NCBI GenBank assembly: GCA_964496465.1
Contig: CAZBZX010000003.1
Location: 1 to 36,047 of the forward strand
DNA length: 36,047 nucleotides
Reading direction: 5' to 3'
Origin: an uncultured Bacteroidales bacterium
GTDB taxonomy: Bacteria > Bacteroidota > Bacteroidia > Bacteroidales > CAYFUP01
Part shown: piece after piece, positions 27,629 through 36,047 of the stretch
Numbering within the stretch: position 1 is the stretch's first letter
Layout of the letters: every line of letters begins with the position of its first letter
Notes under the pieces: generated by a model
Told to the model about the DNA's origin: nothing
What the model saw: only the letters and a program-made list of their open reading frames with translations
Databases searched by the model: none
Made by a program: the position numbers and the translations under genes

Positions 27629-30600
27629 TTAATTTTTTCTTCTTATTTTTTCAATAAGAAGGTCTTTATTAATAGGTTTGGAGATATAATCGTCACAACC
27701 AGCCTGAAGGGCATTTTGCCTGTCATTGTCTGTTGCAAAAGCAGTTTGTGCAATAATATATATGTTAGGATTTATTTCTTTAATTTGTTTTGTGGCTTCA
27801 TAACCATTTAATTTTGGCATTTTGATATCCATCAAAATAATATCTATTATATTTCTATTTGATTTTATTTCATCAATAGCTTTTACACCATTCTCGGCAT
27901 ATATAATTTTAGCACCATGATTTTCAAGAATTTCCTTTAAAAACAAATAACTTACTTCATCATCTTCAACAATTAATATGGAATGGTTTTTAAGAATATT
28001 TATAGGATTTTTATTTGCTGATTCAGAAATACTTTCATCGGTTTTAGATGCTTGATAAGGAATTTGAAAGAAGAAAACAGAACCTTTATTTAATTGTGAT
28101 TCCACCCATATTTTTCCACCCATCAATTCAACATATGCTCTTGAGATAGATAAACCCAGTCCAGAGCCTTCTTCAGATTTAATTGGTCTTAAATCAACTT
28201 GTCGGAATCGTTCAAATATTTTATCAATGTATCCTTTGTCAATTCCTATGCCGGTATCTTTAATTTTGAATTCGAGATATTTTCCTTTTAATTCGTAGCT
28301 ATATTCAATACCTCCTTCATTTGTATATTTAATAGCATTTTTTATTAAATTAATTAGCACCTGGTTTAATTTTGTTTTATCAGTAATTATTCGACTTTTA
28401 TTTTCAGGTAATTCTTTTTTGTATGACAGTGTAATATTCTTTTTAATTATCTCTGGCTCAAAGAAAAGATAAAGGTTATCAAAAATCTGGTTAACATTTG
28501 TTTCTTCATTTTTTATTTCAACTTGACCAGCCTCTATTTTCGATATATCTATTAAATCATTAATAATATTAAGCATACGATCACCGCTTTGCTGGATAAT
28601 ATCGGAATATTTTTCAATTTGTTCTTCTGTAAGTTCTGGTTTTTTAAGTAGCTCGGCAAATCCGATTATCCCGTTCATAGGAGTACGTATTTCATGACTC
28701 ATATTGGCCAGGAAAGCAGTTTTTAACCGGTCGCTTTCTTCGGCTTTTTCTTTTGCCTTTTCTAACTCAGTATTAATTTTTTGAATTTGATCCAGACTTC
28801 TTCTTAATTCATCGTTTTGTGCCAGATATTCTTCGTTAAGAGATAAATACTCCTGCATCTGATCACGCAGGGCATTTTCGGTATTTACTCTATCCGTTAC
28901 ATCCCTGTAATTTACTACAATGGCATTTATACTGGGATCATGAAGTAAATTGGTAGCAACACCTTCAGCCCACCATATTTCTTTATTCTTTTTTATTCCC
29001 TTGAATTGAAATGCAACTGATTCTCCCTTTTTATTTACTATTTGCGCAAAAGTATTTTGTATGTTTTGTAAATCGTTTTTATGTATAAGTTCGAAAGCAT
29101 TTTTATGCATTCTTTCGTTTGATATATAACCTGATAGTCTTTCGGCTGCAGGGCTTTCATAAATAATTTTGCCTTGCATGTCAACCAGTACAATTGCATC
29201 GGTATTTTTTTCAATCATGGACCGGAATCGCTTTTCGCTTTCTTTAATTTTTTTTTCGACTAATTTTCGTTCGGTGATATCTGTTACAATTCCAAGTATA
29301 GCATAATCATTTTGATAATGAATTAATTTAGTATTTATTATAACATCTAATTTATCTCCTTTTTTTGAAATTAAACGATATTCATAAGGAGGAACGTCCT
29401 GACCTGTTTGGTGTTTTTTAAAGTTTTCTTTGATAGCTTCTATATCTTTCGGATCAATAAGTGACATGAAATTAAAATTATCGCTATAAAATTCTTCAAT
29501 TTTATATTGTGTATATTTTTCGCATGTTTTGTTTACATAAGCGATTTTACCTTTCTGATTAATGAAGATCATGTTAGGTGATTCTTCAGATAGATGCCTG
29601 AATTTTTCTTCGCTTTCTTTTAAAGCTTCTTCGGTTTGTTTACGCTCGGTAATATCGGTCATAAATGATATTGACATTTGTTCATCTTCGAATTCGATAT
29701 AATTTATGGTTACTTGAGCTGGAAATGTTGAGCCGTCTTTTCTCTTGTGGATCGTTTCAATATTTATAACAGTTTCTGTTTTCGTTTTTTTCCGATGTTT
29801 TTCCCATTTTTCTTTATCAAAAGTAGGATTTATGTCGAAAACACTTAACTTGGCCAATTCTTCTTTCGAATATCCAAGGGTTTTACAGGCATAATTATTT
29901 GCATAATAAATATTAGCATTGTCATCTAATTGCATAACTCCTATTTGTGCATGTTCAATTCCAAATTGTGTTTTTACGATTTGTTTTTCAAATTTTTTAC
30001 GCTCGGTAATATCCCTGACAACTGCTAGAATATATTTTTTATTGTTTATTTCTATAATACTTGAATTAATTTCAACCGGTATTTTTACACTGGTTTTTGT
30101 TATATGAATTGTTTCAAAAATACGAAGTCCATCTTTCAGCTGATTTTCCTGGTTTTTTCGCCATTGTTTTTTTGTGGTTTCACTATCAGTAGTAAGATTA
30201 ATGGGTGTTAATGCTAAGAATTCTTCCCGTATATAGCCATATCGTTTGCATGCAATATTATTTACTTCAATAAATTTTTCAGGTTTTTCAATATTGAATG
30301 GATGCAAAAAAATGGCATCATTTAAATTATTTAAAAGAAATTTAAATTTATTTTCGCTTTCCCGCAAAGCAATTTCTGCTTCCTTTTGTCTTGTTATTTC
30401 CAAATGTGTTCCAGTCATTCGAACCGGCTTTCCATTTTCACCCCATTCAGATACTTTTCCGCGATCCAATATCCATACCCAGTGACCCTTTTTATGATTA
30501 ATCCTGACTTCGCATTGGTACATTTCTGTTTTGCCTGCAAAATGTTCTTCTAATAATTTATCTGATTTTTTAAGATCTTCAGGATGAACATGTTTTTTCC

Positions 30601-31912
30601 ATGTATTGATATTGATCGGCTGTAATTCATCTAATGTATATCCTATAATTTCTGCCCATATTTCATTAAAAATGGTTTCACCTGTTTGTATATTCCAGTC
30701 CCATAAACCTGCCCCAGTCCCTTTAACTGCAAGATTAAGTCTTTTTTCACTTTCAATTAATGCTTTTTCTTTTTCTTTTAGATCAGACACATCCATTATT
30801 ATTTCAACACCGCCCCATATTTTGCCTTCATTATTTATAAGAGGCACTGCATATGCTTTTGTGGCCATTCCCATCAATTTTTCTTCTTCGGGTGTAGAAA
30901 CTCTTTCTACCATTTTTCTCGTTTCAAAAGCTTTTTTAATTGCACATTGCGGACAAACTTCTGTATATTTTTTTCGAAGTTCGTAACATTTTTTACCTAT
31001 TACTTCATTTTTATTTGAATTGCCAAATACCCTGGCAGCTTCATTATTGGCAATTATTATATTATACTCCGTATCAACAACACTTACCATGCCTGGCATG
31101 GCATCAACTATTGCTTCAAGTTCCTCAACATTTTGTTGTAATTTTTCTTCGCTATCGCATAGTTTATCCAATAGTATTTTATTCTCTGTAATATCGGTAT
31201 GCACGCCAACTAATCCAATTACCTGCCCGTCAGTATTTTTTATAGAATAGGCACGTAGACTTATTAATATTATGTTTTTATTTTTATCATACATTTCAAC
31301 TTCACCACTCCATTCTTTACCTGCCATTATGGTTTTTAATACTTCCCTCCCTAAATTTTCATCAACATATAAGGTGGCAGGTGGGTCTTCTCCAATTTCA
31401 CCAAATAATTTATCAAATGCCTTATTTTGGTACCAATGTCTTCCTTCAGCAGTTGACATACCTACTGCATTTGAAGATAATTCAACCGCCATCCGGAAAT
31501 GCTGAAGGATATCTTCGTTTTTTTTATAAGCCGTAAAATCGTTGAAAGTTGTATAAACGCTTATAGGTTTTGCTTCTCCTTCTGTAAATTCAGGCACAGC
31601 ATTTATAAGGATCCATTTATAGCTTTTTTCTTTATTCGAATATATGCCCATTATCACATTATTTACCCTTTTCCCAGTTTTAAGGGCTATAATTGATGGA
31701 TGCTCATTTCCAGGAAAAGGATTGCCATCCTCTTTTATTGCTTTCCAATGTTCTGAATTTGAATCAAGCTTATTTAGTTCATTTACTGAAAGTCCAAGTA
31801 TTTTTTCTGCAGCTGGATTTGCTTCAATTATTTTACCATTTCTATCCTGGTAAACGACACCAAGTTCCATGGTATCAAAAAGATTTTTATATTTAATATA
31901 ATCTTCTGCCAT
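27629..31912 (-). CDS. Cytoplasmic hybrid sensor histidine kinase / response regulator with about eight PAS domains
   Basis: No TM segment. About eight successive PAS modules of ~120 aa each, several ending in the DITERK pattern. These are followed by a coiled coil, the H-box FLANMSHEIRTPMNGIIGF, HATPase N/G boxes (LINLIKNAIKYT; DTGIGI; GSGLGLSI) and a C-terminal receiver (ILIVEDDEV...ILMDIKMP...ISKP). Confidence 0.9.
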   Translation of the reverse strand: MAEDYIKYKNLFDTMELGVVYQDRNGKIIEANPAAEKILGLSVNELNKLDSNSEHWKAIKEDGNPFPGNEHPSIIALKTGKRVNNVIMGIYSNKEKSYKWILINAVPEFTEGEAKPISVYTTFNDFTAYKKNEDILQHFRMAVELSSNAVGMSTAEGRHWYQNKAFDKLFGEIGEDPPATLYVDENLGREVLKTIMAGKEWSGEVEMYDKNKNIILISLRAYSIKNTDGQVIGLVGVHTDITENKILLDKLCDSEEKLQQNVEELEAIVDAMPGMVSVVDTEYNIIIANNEAARVFGNSNKNEVIGKKCYELRKKYTEVCPQCAIKKAFETRKMVERVSTPEEEKLMGMATKAYAVPLINNEGKIWGGVEIIMDVSDLKEKEKALIESEKRLNLAVKGTGAGLWDWNIQTGETIFNEIWAEIIGYTLDELQPININTWKKHVHPEDLKKSDKLLEEHFAGKTEMYQCEVRINHKKGHWVWILDRGKVSEWGENGKPVRMTGTHLEITRQKEAEIALRESENKFKFLLNNLNDAIFLHPFNIEKPEKFIEVNNIACKRYGYIREEFLALTPINLTTDSETTKKQWRKNQENQLKDGLRIFETIHITKTSVKIPVEINSSIIEINNKKYILAVVRDITERKKFEKQIVKTQFGIEHAQIGVMQLDDNANIYYANNYACKTLGYSKEELAKLSVFDINPTFDKEKWEKHRKKTKTETVINIETIHKRKDGSTFPAQVTINYIEFEDEQMSISFMTDITERKQTEEALKESEEKFRHLSEESPNMIFINQKGKIAYVNKTCEKYTQYKIEEFYSDNFNFMSLIDPKDIEAIKENFKKHQTGQDVPPYEYRLISKKGDKLDVIINTKLIHYQNDYAILGIVTDITERKLVEKKIKESEKRFRSMIEKNTDAIVLVDMQGKIIYESPAAERLSGYISNERMHKNAFELIHKNDLQNIQNTFAQIVNKKGESVAFQFKGIKKNKEIWWAEGVATNLLHDPSINAIVVNYRDVTDRVNTENALRDQMQEYLSLNEEYLAQNDELRRSLDQIQKINTELEKAKEKAEESDRLKTAFLANMSHEIRTPMNGIIGFAELLKKPELTEEQIEKYSDIIQQSGDRMLNIINDLIDISKIEAGQVEIKNEETNVNQIFDNLYLFFEPEIIKKNITLSYKKELPENKSRIITDKTKLNQVLINLIKNAIKYTNEGGIEYSYELKGKYLEFKIKDTGIGIDKGYIDKIFERFRQVDLRPIKSEEGSGLGLSISRAYVELMGGKIWVESQLNKGSVFFFQIPYQASKTDESISESANKNPINILKNHSILIVEDDEVSYLFLKEILENHGAKIIYAENGVKAIDEIKSNRNIIDIILMDIKMPKLNGYEATKQIKEINPNIYIIAQTAFATDNDRQNALQAGCDDYISKPINKDLLIEKIRRKN

Positions 31913-31997
31913 TTAAAGTTCTATAATGGATATTAATAGTTATTATTAATTCTAAGTTACTATTTTTTTCAATACATATTCAATAATAAATAGCTTC

Positions 31998-32015
31998 TTA
32001 TTCGTTTACGAATAA
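31998..32015 (-). terminator. Weak hairpin immediately after the GNAT stop
   Basis: TTATTCG(31998-32004)/CGAATAA(32009-32015) form a 7-bp stem with a 4-nt loop. The stem is AT-rich and has no clear U-run. Confidence 0.25.
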
Positions 32016-32016
32016 A

Positions 32017-32505
32017 TTATAATAAGTCTAATTGATTAATCTTATCGCCAGTTAAACGAAAGACTGTCCATTCGTCCATAGGAATAGCTCCTAATTTCAG
32101 ATAGAAGTCTATTGAAGGTTTATTCCAGTTCAAAACAGACCATTCAATTCTCCCGCAATCTTTTTCTTTTACTAATTCTCCAAAGTATTTAAAAATAGCC
32201 TTTCCAATACCTTTTCCCCTAAATTCTGGCTTTACATAAATATCTTCAATATAAATACCTGGTTTTCCAACAAAAGAAGAAAAATTATAAAAATAGATCG
32301 AAAATCCAACCGGGATTTCATTTAAATAAGCTAAAATAACTTCAGCGAATTTATTTTTACCAAAAAGAGTCTTTTTTAGTATTTTTTCATTAGCAGTAAC
32401 TTTATCAAGCAGCTTTTCATAAATAGCAAGTTCTTTAATAAATTGTAAAATAAGAGAAATATCGTTTTTGGTTGCCTGTTCTATTTTTAAGTTTTTAATT
32501 TTCAT
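32017..32505 (-). CDS. GNAT N-acetyltransferase, diamine/spermidine (SSAT)-like
   Basis: IYIEDIYVKPEFRGKGIGKAIFKYFGELVKEKDCGRIEWSVLNWNKPSIDFYLKLGA resembles SSAT-type GNATs. ATG 32505 is preferred over TTG 32508, 4 nt after the upstream kinase stop. Confidence 0.8.
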   Translation of the reverse strand: MKIKNLKIEQATKNDISLILQFIKELAIYEKLLDKVTANEKILKKTLFGKNKFAEVILAYLNEIPVGFSIYFYNFSSFVGKPGIYIEDIYVKPEFRGKGIGKAIFKYFGELVKEKDCGRIEWSVLNWNKPSIDFYLKLGAIPMDEWTVFRLTGDKINQLDLL

Positions 32506-32509
32506 CAAT

Positions 32510-33895
32510 TTAAAAAGGTAATTTTAATGTAAATACAACTTTATCATCTATATTTTTTGCTTCAATTGTTCCGTTATGTTCTTTGATTAATGAATAGCAT
32601 ATTGATAATCCTAAGCCAGTCCCTTTACCAGGATCTTTTGTTGTGAAAAACGGATCAAAAAGCTGTTTTAATTCTTCTTCATGAATTCGGGGCCCGTTGT
32701 TTGAAATAGCAATTACAGCATATTTTTTATTCTTTTCATTTTCTTCCGAAATAACGATATTAATTATTTTTTCACCCTTATTTAAATTTACGGCATAAAT
32801 AGCATTATCAACAACATTTAATAATACCTGATGGATTTTATCCTGATAAACAGCAATTTCTTTATCCAGATCGTATCGTTTAATAATTTGAATATCCTCA
32901 GTAGTTTTAGTTTTTAGAAAAAGGAGTGTTCTTTCAACTATTTCTGCTAAATCTGTTTTCATAAGTTTTGGCTTACCTCTATAAGAAAAAGTCATTAAAG
33001 AGGAAATAATTGTGGAGGCCCGTTCTACTCCCTCACGAATAATATCAATAGCAACATTACATTGCTCAACAAATTCTTTATCTTTTAATTTGCTTTTTAT
33101 GTTATTAATTATTTCAATACCGCCATTTATAAAATTTAGTGGATTATTTATTTCATGAGCAATACCAGCTGTTAATGTACCTAATGATGCCATTTTTTCT
33201 GATTGTACCAAATGTTGTTGAGTAACCCGTAATTCTTCTATGGCTGAATTCAATTCCTGATTAGATTCCATAATTTCATTTTCAAATCTAGTATTAAGTC
33301 TTCGCAAGTAATATATACTGAAATTGAAAAATAAATAAAGTAATATGGGAATAACTTTATAATTAACATAAAATGTTTTAATCAGCTTTACAACTTCAGG
33401 TTGACTTGATGCTTTAAATACTAAAAAATTGTCACAGAATAGAATAAGGATTAAAAAATAGGCCATTGAGATGGAAAAAAGCAATCTTTTTTTACCAATA
33501 GGAAGTATTAATTGAGGAACAATTGAAAAGGCTATGATAATATAAGGGTAATAAAAAAAACTTTCCTCTTCAACAAATCCAATTAATGTTGGAAAAATCA
33601 AAATAACAAATGTCGGAATAAATATCAGGATGATTTTTTGAATTTCATGCAATTTTTTTGAAGCCAAGAATATGTTTAGAGCATTGAAAAATAGCACAAT
33701 AATTACTCTTATTGAGCCAATTGTCATAACTCCATTTTCAAGTTCTCTTTCAATTGTATTGAAAATAAAAAGAATGAACATAAAAAGAAGCATAGCAAAA
33801 TTGATTTGATTGCTAATAACTTTTGATCGGTCATCTAATGAATTAAATTTTATAGTTAATCCTAAATATGATATGTAATTCCAGGTTTTATTCAT
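32510..33895 (-). CDS. Membrane sensor histidine kinase (about 6 TM helices, no large periplasmic domain)
   Basis: The ~200-aa N-terminus is polytopic and hydrophobic. It is followed by a coiled coil, the H-box LTAGIAHEINNPLNFI and HATPase motifs (VVDNAIYAV; DPGKGTGLGLSICYSL). Confidence 0.85.
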   Translation of the reverse strand: MNKTWNYISYLGLTIKFNSLDDRSKVISNQINFAMLLFMFILFIFNTIERELENGVMTIGSIRVIIVLFFNALNIFLASKKLHEIQKIILIFIPTFVILIFPTLIGFVEEESFFYYPYIIIAFSIVPQLILPIGKKRLLFSISMAYFLILILFCDNFLVFKASSQPEVVKLIKTFYVNYKVIPILLYLFFNFSIYYLRRLNTRFENEIMESNQELNSAIEELRVTQQHLVQSEKMASLGTLTAGIAHEINNPLNFINGGIEIINNIKSKLKDKEFVEQCNVAIDIIREGVERASTIISSLMTFSYRGKPKLMKTDLAEIVERTLLFLKTKTTEDIQIIKRYDLDKEIAVYQDKIHQVLLNVVDNAIYAVNLNKGEKIINIVISEENEKNKKYAVIAISNNGPRIHEEELKQLFDPFFTTKDPGKGTGLGLSICYSLIKEHNGTIEAKNIDDKVVFTLKLPF

Positions 33896-34030
33896 AATAT
33901 TATATTCAACCGAATATAAATAATATTAAGATGAATAGCAAACAGATAAATTTTTATTAATATAATTTTTAAAATTATTCAATGTTTTTTTTGAAAATCA
34001 ATTTTAATATATATTTTTAAAAGTATTTTT

Positions 34031-34055
34031 TACTTTTGAAATTTTATTAGCTTTG
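34031..34055 (+). promoter_or_regulatory. Two candidate -7 promoter boxes (TAnnTTTG) for the symporter/araA genes
   Basis: TACTTTTG (34031-34038) and TAGCTTTG (34048-34055), 53 and 36 nt upstream of ATG 34091. Confidence 0.3.
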
Positions 34056-34090
34056 ACAAATGAAATAATTAAACCTAAAATTAAATTAAT

Positions 34091-35971
34091 ATGGCAACAT
34101 TAGATTGGATTGTACTAGGCATTTTTTTCTTAGTATTAATAGGTATTATATGGTGGGTTTTACTTCAGAAAGAAGAAAATACCACCGACTATTTTCTTGC
34201 AGGTAAAAGCGCGAGATGGTGGTCAATAGGTTCATCAATTTTTGCTTCTAACATAGGTTCAGAGCACCTTGTTGGTCTTGCCGGAGCAGGATTTTTAAGT
34301 GGTATGGCTATGGCTCATTGGGAAATGCATGCCTGGTTGATATTAATTCTGGGATGGGTTTTTGTCCCATTTTATAATAGGATTAAGATTTTTACAATGC
34401 CTGAATTTCTTGAAAAACGATTTTCTCCAGGATCTCGTTCAGTGCTATCGGTAATATCGCTGGTTAGCTATGTTCTTACAAAAGTAGCTGTTACAGTTTA
34501 TGCTGGCGGAGTAGTTTTTGATACGGTTTTTAATATAGATTCAGTTAATATACTAGGAAATGAAGTTGACTTTTTCTGGGTTAGCGCTGTAGGTCTTGTT
34601 GTAATTACCGGTTTGTATACCATTTTCGGAGGGATGAGAGCTGTTATGTATACTTCCATTCTTCAAACACCCATATTATTGTTTGGATCTATTGTTATTT
34701 TAATTGTGGGTCTTATTAAGCTGGGCGGATGGGGAGAACTTCAAAATATAGTAGGTCCAAATTTAGAACTTGTCAGGCCTGCTTCTGATCCTGATTTTCC
34801 TTGGACTGGGGTGTTGCTTGGCTCTGCTATCATAGGTTTCTGGTATTGGTGTACCGATCAATATATTGTTCAGCGTGTACTCTCGGGCAGAGATGAAAGA
34901 GAAGCTCGTAGAGGTGCCATTCTTGCTGGTTATTTTAAGCTTTTACCGGTGTTTATATTTCTAATTCCGGGAATGATAGCATTTGCTTTATATCAGAAAG
35001 GTTTACTTGATGTACAAAGCAGCGATTCGGCCTTTGCATCAATGGTTGCCCAGTTATTGCCTAAAGGTATTACAGGTATAGTTGTGTGCGGATTACTGGC
35101 TGCCTTAATGAGCTCTTTATCTTCATTATTTAACTCATCAGCGATGCTTTTTGTTGAGGATTTTTATAAAAAAATGCGCCCTGATAAAACTGGAAAACAT
35201 TATGTAGTTATTGGACGAATTGCAACGGCCACTGTTGTTATTTTAGGAGTTTTTTGGATACCAGTGATGCTCGGACTCGGAAAAGTATTGTATGAATATC
35301 TTCAGGCAGTTCAGGGTTTATTGGCTCCTGCTATAGCATCTGTATTTTTACTTGGAGTCTTTTGGCGTAAAACAACTTCAAAAGGTGCATTTTGGGGAAT
35401 GATAGTTGGATTTGGACTGGGAATGTTCCGGCTTGTTTTAAATATTGTTTATGGAATTGTTGGTAAAGTTGGAGGTATGGTTGATACTGTTTTGTATCTT
35501 AATTCAGACAAGGCAAAATCAGAATATATTGATGATTTATCATCCGTCGGTGCAAAAATTTCACGCTCTTTTCCATCAGATATTGGTTCATCATTAAATG
35601 AAAAAATTAGTATGGCAACTGATTCTCTCTCAAGTATGACAATAGAAGGTAAACAAAATGCTTCCCAATTAATAGCCCAGGTAAAAGAAACTATTCATCA
35701 GTATTATCTTAACAGCGGTGGAATTGTTTATAAGATTGAAGCTATTAATTGGTTACATTATACTATTATGCTATTTTTCCTTTGTATTGTAACAATGGTT
35801 ATCATTAGCTATTTCACACAAGCTCCAAACGAAAATCAATTGAAATACACTTATGCAGCTGCAACTCCTGAAGAAAAAGCTGCAACCAGGGCAAGTTGGG
35901 GCATATGGGATATTATAAACTCAATAATAATTATTGGTATTATAGTTACATTTTATATATATTTCTGGTAA
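34091..35971 (+). CDS. Sodium:solute symporter (SSS/SGLT family), probable sugar transporter
   Basis: About 14 predicted TM helices and SSS-family patterns (YFLAGKS..WWSIGSSIFASNIGSEHLVGLAG; GGMRAVMYTSILQT; WYWCTDQYIVQRVL). It lies directly upstream of araA. Confidence 0.85.
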   Translation: MATLDWIVLGIFFLVLIGIIWWVLLQKEENTTDYFLAGKSARWWSIGSSIFASNIGSEHLVGLAGAGFLSGMAMAHWEMHAWLILILGWVFVPFYNRIKIFTMPEFLEKRFSPGSRSVLSVISLVSYVLTKVAVTVYAGGVVFDTVFNIDSVNILGNEVDFFWVSAVGLVVITGLYTIFGGMRAVMYTSILQTPILLFGSIVILIVGLIKLGGWGELQNIVGPNLELVRPASDPDFPWTGVLLGSAIIGFWYWCTDQYIVQRVLSGRDEREARRGAILAGYFKLLPVFIFLIPGMIAFALYQKGLLDVQSSDSAFASMVAQLLPKGITGIVVCGLLAALMSSLSSLFNSSAMLFVEDFYKKMRPDKTGKHYVVIGRIATATVVILGVFWIPVMLGLGKVLYEYLQAVQGLLAPAIASVFLLGVFWRKTTSKGAFWGMIVGFGLGMFRLVLNIVYGIVGKVGGMVDTVLYLNSDKAKSEYIDDLSSVGAKISRSFPSDIGSSLNEKISMATDSLSSMTIEGKQNASQLIAQVKETIHQYYLNSGGIVYKIEAINWLHYTIMLFFLCIVTMVIISYFTQAPNENQLKYTYAAATPEEKAATRASWGIWDIINSIIIIGIIVTFYIYFW

Positions 35972-35997
35972 TAATTAAATAATTAAAAAAGATTCAA

Positions 35998-36047
35998 ATG
36001 GAAGTTTGGTTTGTAACGGGAAGTCAGCACCTATATGGTGAAGAAAC
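35998..36047 (+). CDS. araA: L-arabinose isomerase, N-terminal 16 codons (runs off the window)
   Basis: MEVWFVTGSQHLYGEE matches the conserved AraA N-terminus (E. coli ...EVWFVIGSQHLYGPE...). Only 50 nt are visible. Confidence 0.7.
   Translation, partial: MEVWFVTGSQHLYGEE

Noticed and set aside
27611-31896. A chain of + strand ORFs (60-126 aa) from the six-frame track lies antisense to the hybrid histidine kinase. Similar nested or antisense ORFs occur elsewhere: 899-1216, 982-1176, 4145-4450, 4664-5005, 6131-6529, 7198-7398, 8766-8990, 11730-11912, 13307-13789, 16445-18038, 18754-19324, 20102-20538, 22613-24216, 24984-25172, 26260-26553 and 27274-27534.
   Set aside because: All are embedded in or opposite to ORFs with strong, recognisable family motifs. 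Their translations are low-complexity (F/L/S/I-rich) with no motif. Such shadow ORFs are expected on the opposite strand of long genes.
34091-35971. Visibly higher G+C in the symporter gene as a sign of horizontal transfer.
   Set aside because: The shift is explained by the Gly/Ala/Leu/Val-rich membrane-protein composition. No flanking mobility genes, tRNA or direct repeats are present.
1-36047. Mobile elements, prophage, integrons, and defence systems (restriction-modification, toxin-antitoxin, CBASS, retron, Cas).
   Set aside because: No transposase, integrase, reverse transcriptase, nuclease-helicase pair, methyltransferase or small paired toxin/antitoxin ORFs were recognisable in any frame. 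The only NTPase of unclear role is the UvrA paralog.

Overview
This is an AT-rich chromosomal segment, most consistent with a Bacteroidota genome. The evidence is two T9SS C-terminal sorting domains, a CarboxypepD_reg-type TonB-dependent receptor followed by a DUF4249-like lipoprotein, a LytS/LytTR pair, and TAnnTTTG -7 boxes. I can support 26 protein-coding genes, the last one partial.

The + strand carries queD, trmO, an AraC/GyrI regulator, an ECF sigma / ZAS anti-sigma / DUF4097 module, polA, a GH20 hexosaminidase, a GNAT, LytS-LytTR-TBDR-DUF4249, a T9SS repeat protein, an SSS sugar symporter and the start of araA. The - strand carries a UvrA paralog without the UvrB-binding domain, a small Cys protein, a very large CotH/LTD/LRR/T9SS surface-protein gene, an AraC regulator, an aldo/keto reductase, and a tightly packed HK - GNAT - 8xPAS hybrid HK - CMD - GNAT block.

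I found no rRNA, tRNA, CRISPR array, transposase, integrase or recognisable defence module.

The observations most worth a second look are:
- A single in-frame TAA splits an otherwise open ~1,700-codon secreted CotH-kinase-fold gene.
- A TGA sits exactly where a conserved Trp is expected near the C-terminus of a RimJ-like GNAT.
- A T9SS protein is built from 31-residue repeats with an exact period.
- A signalling operon has two histidine kinases, no DNA-binding output, and acetyltransferases interleaved.
- The UvrA paralog belongs to class II/III.

All functional calls rest on motif recognition by eye. No database search was run.
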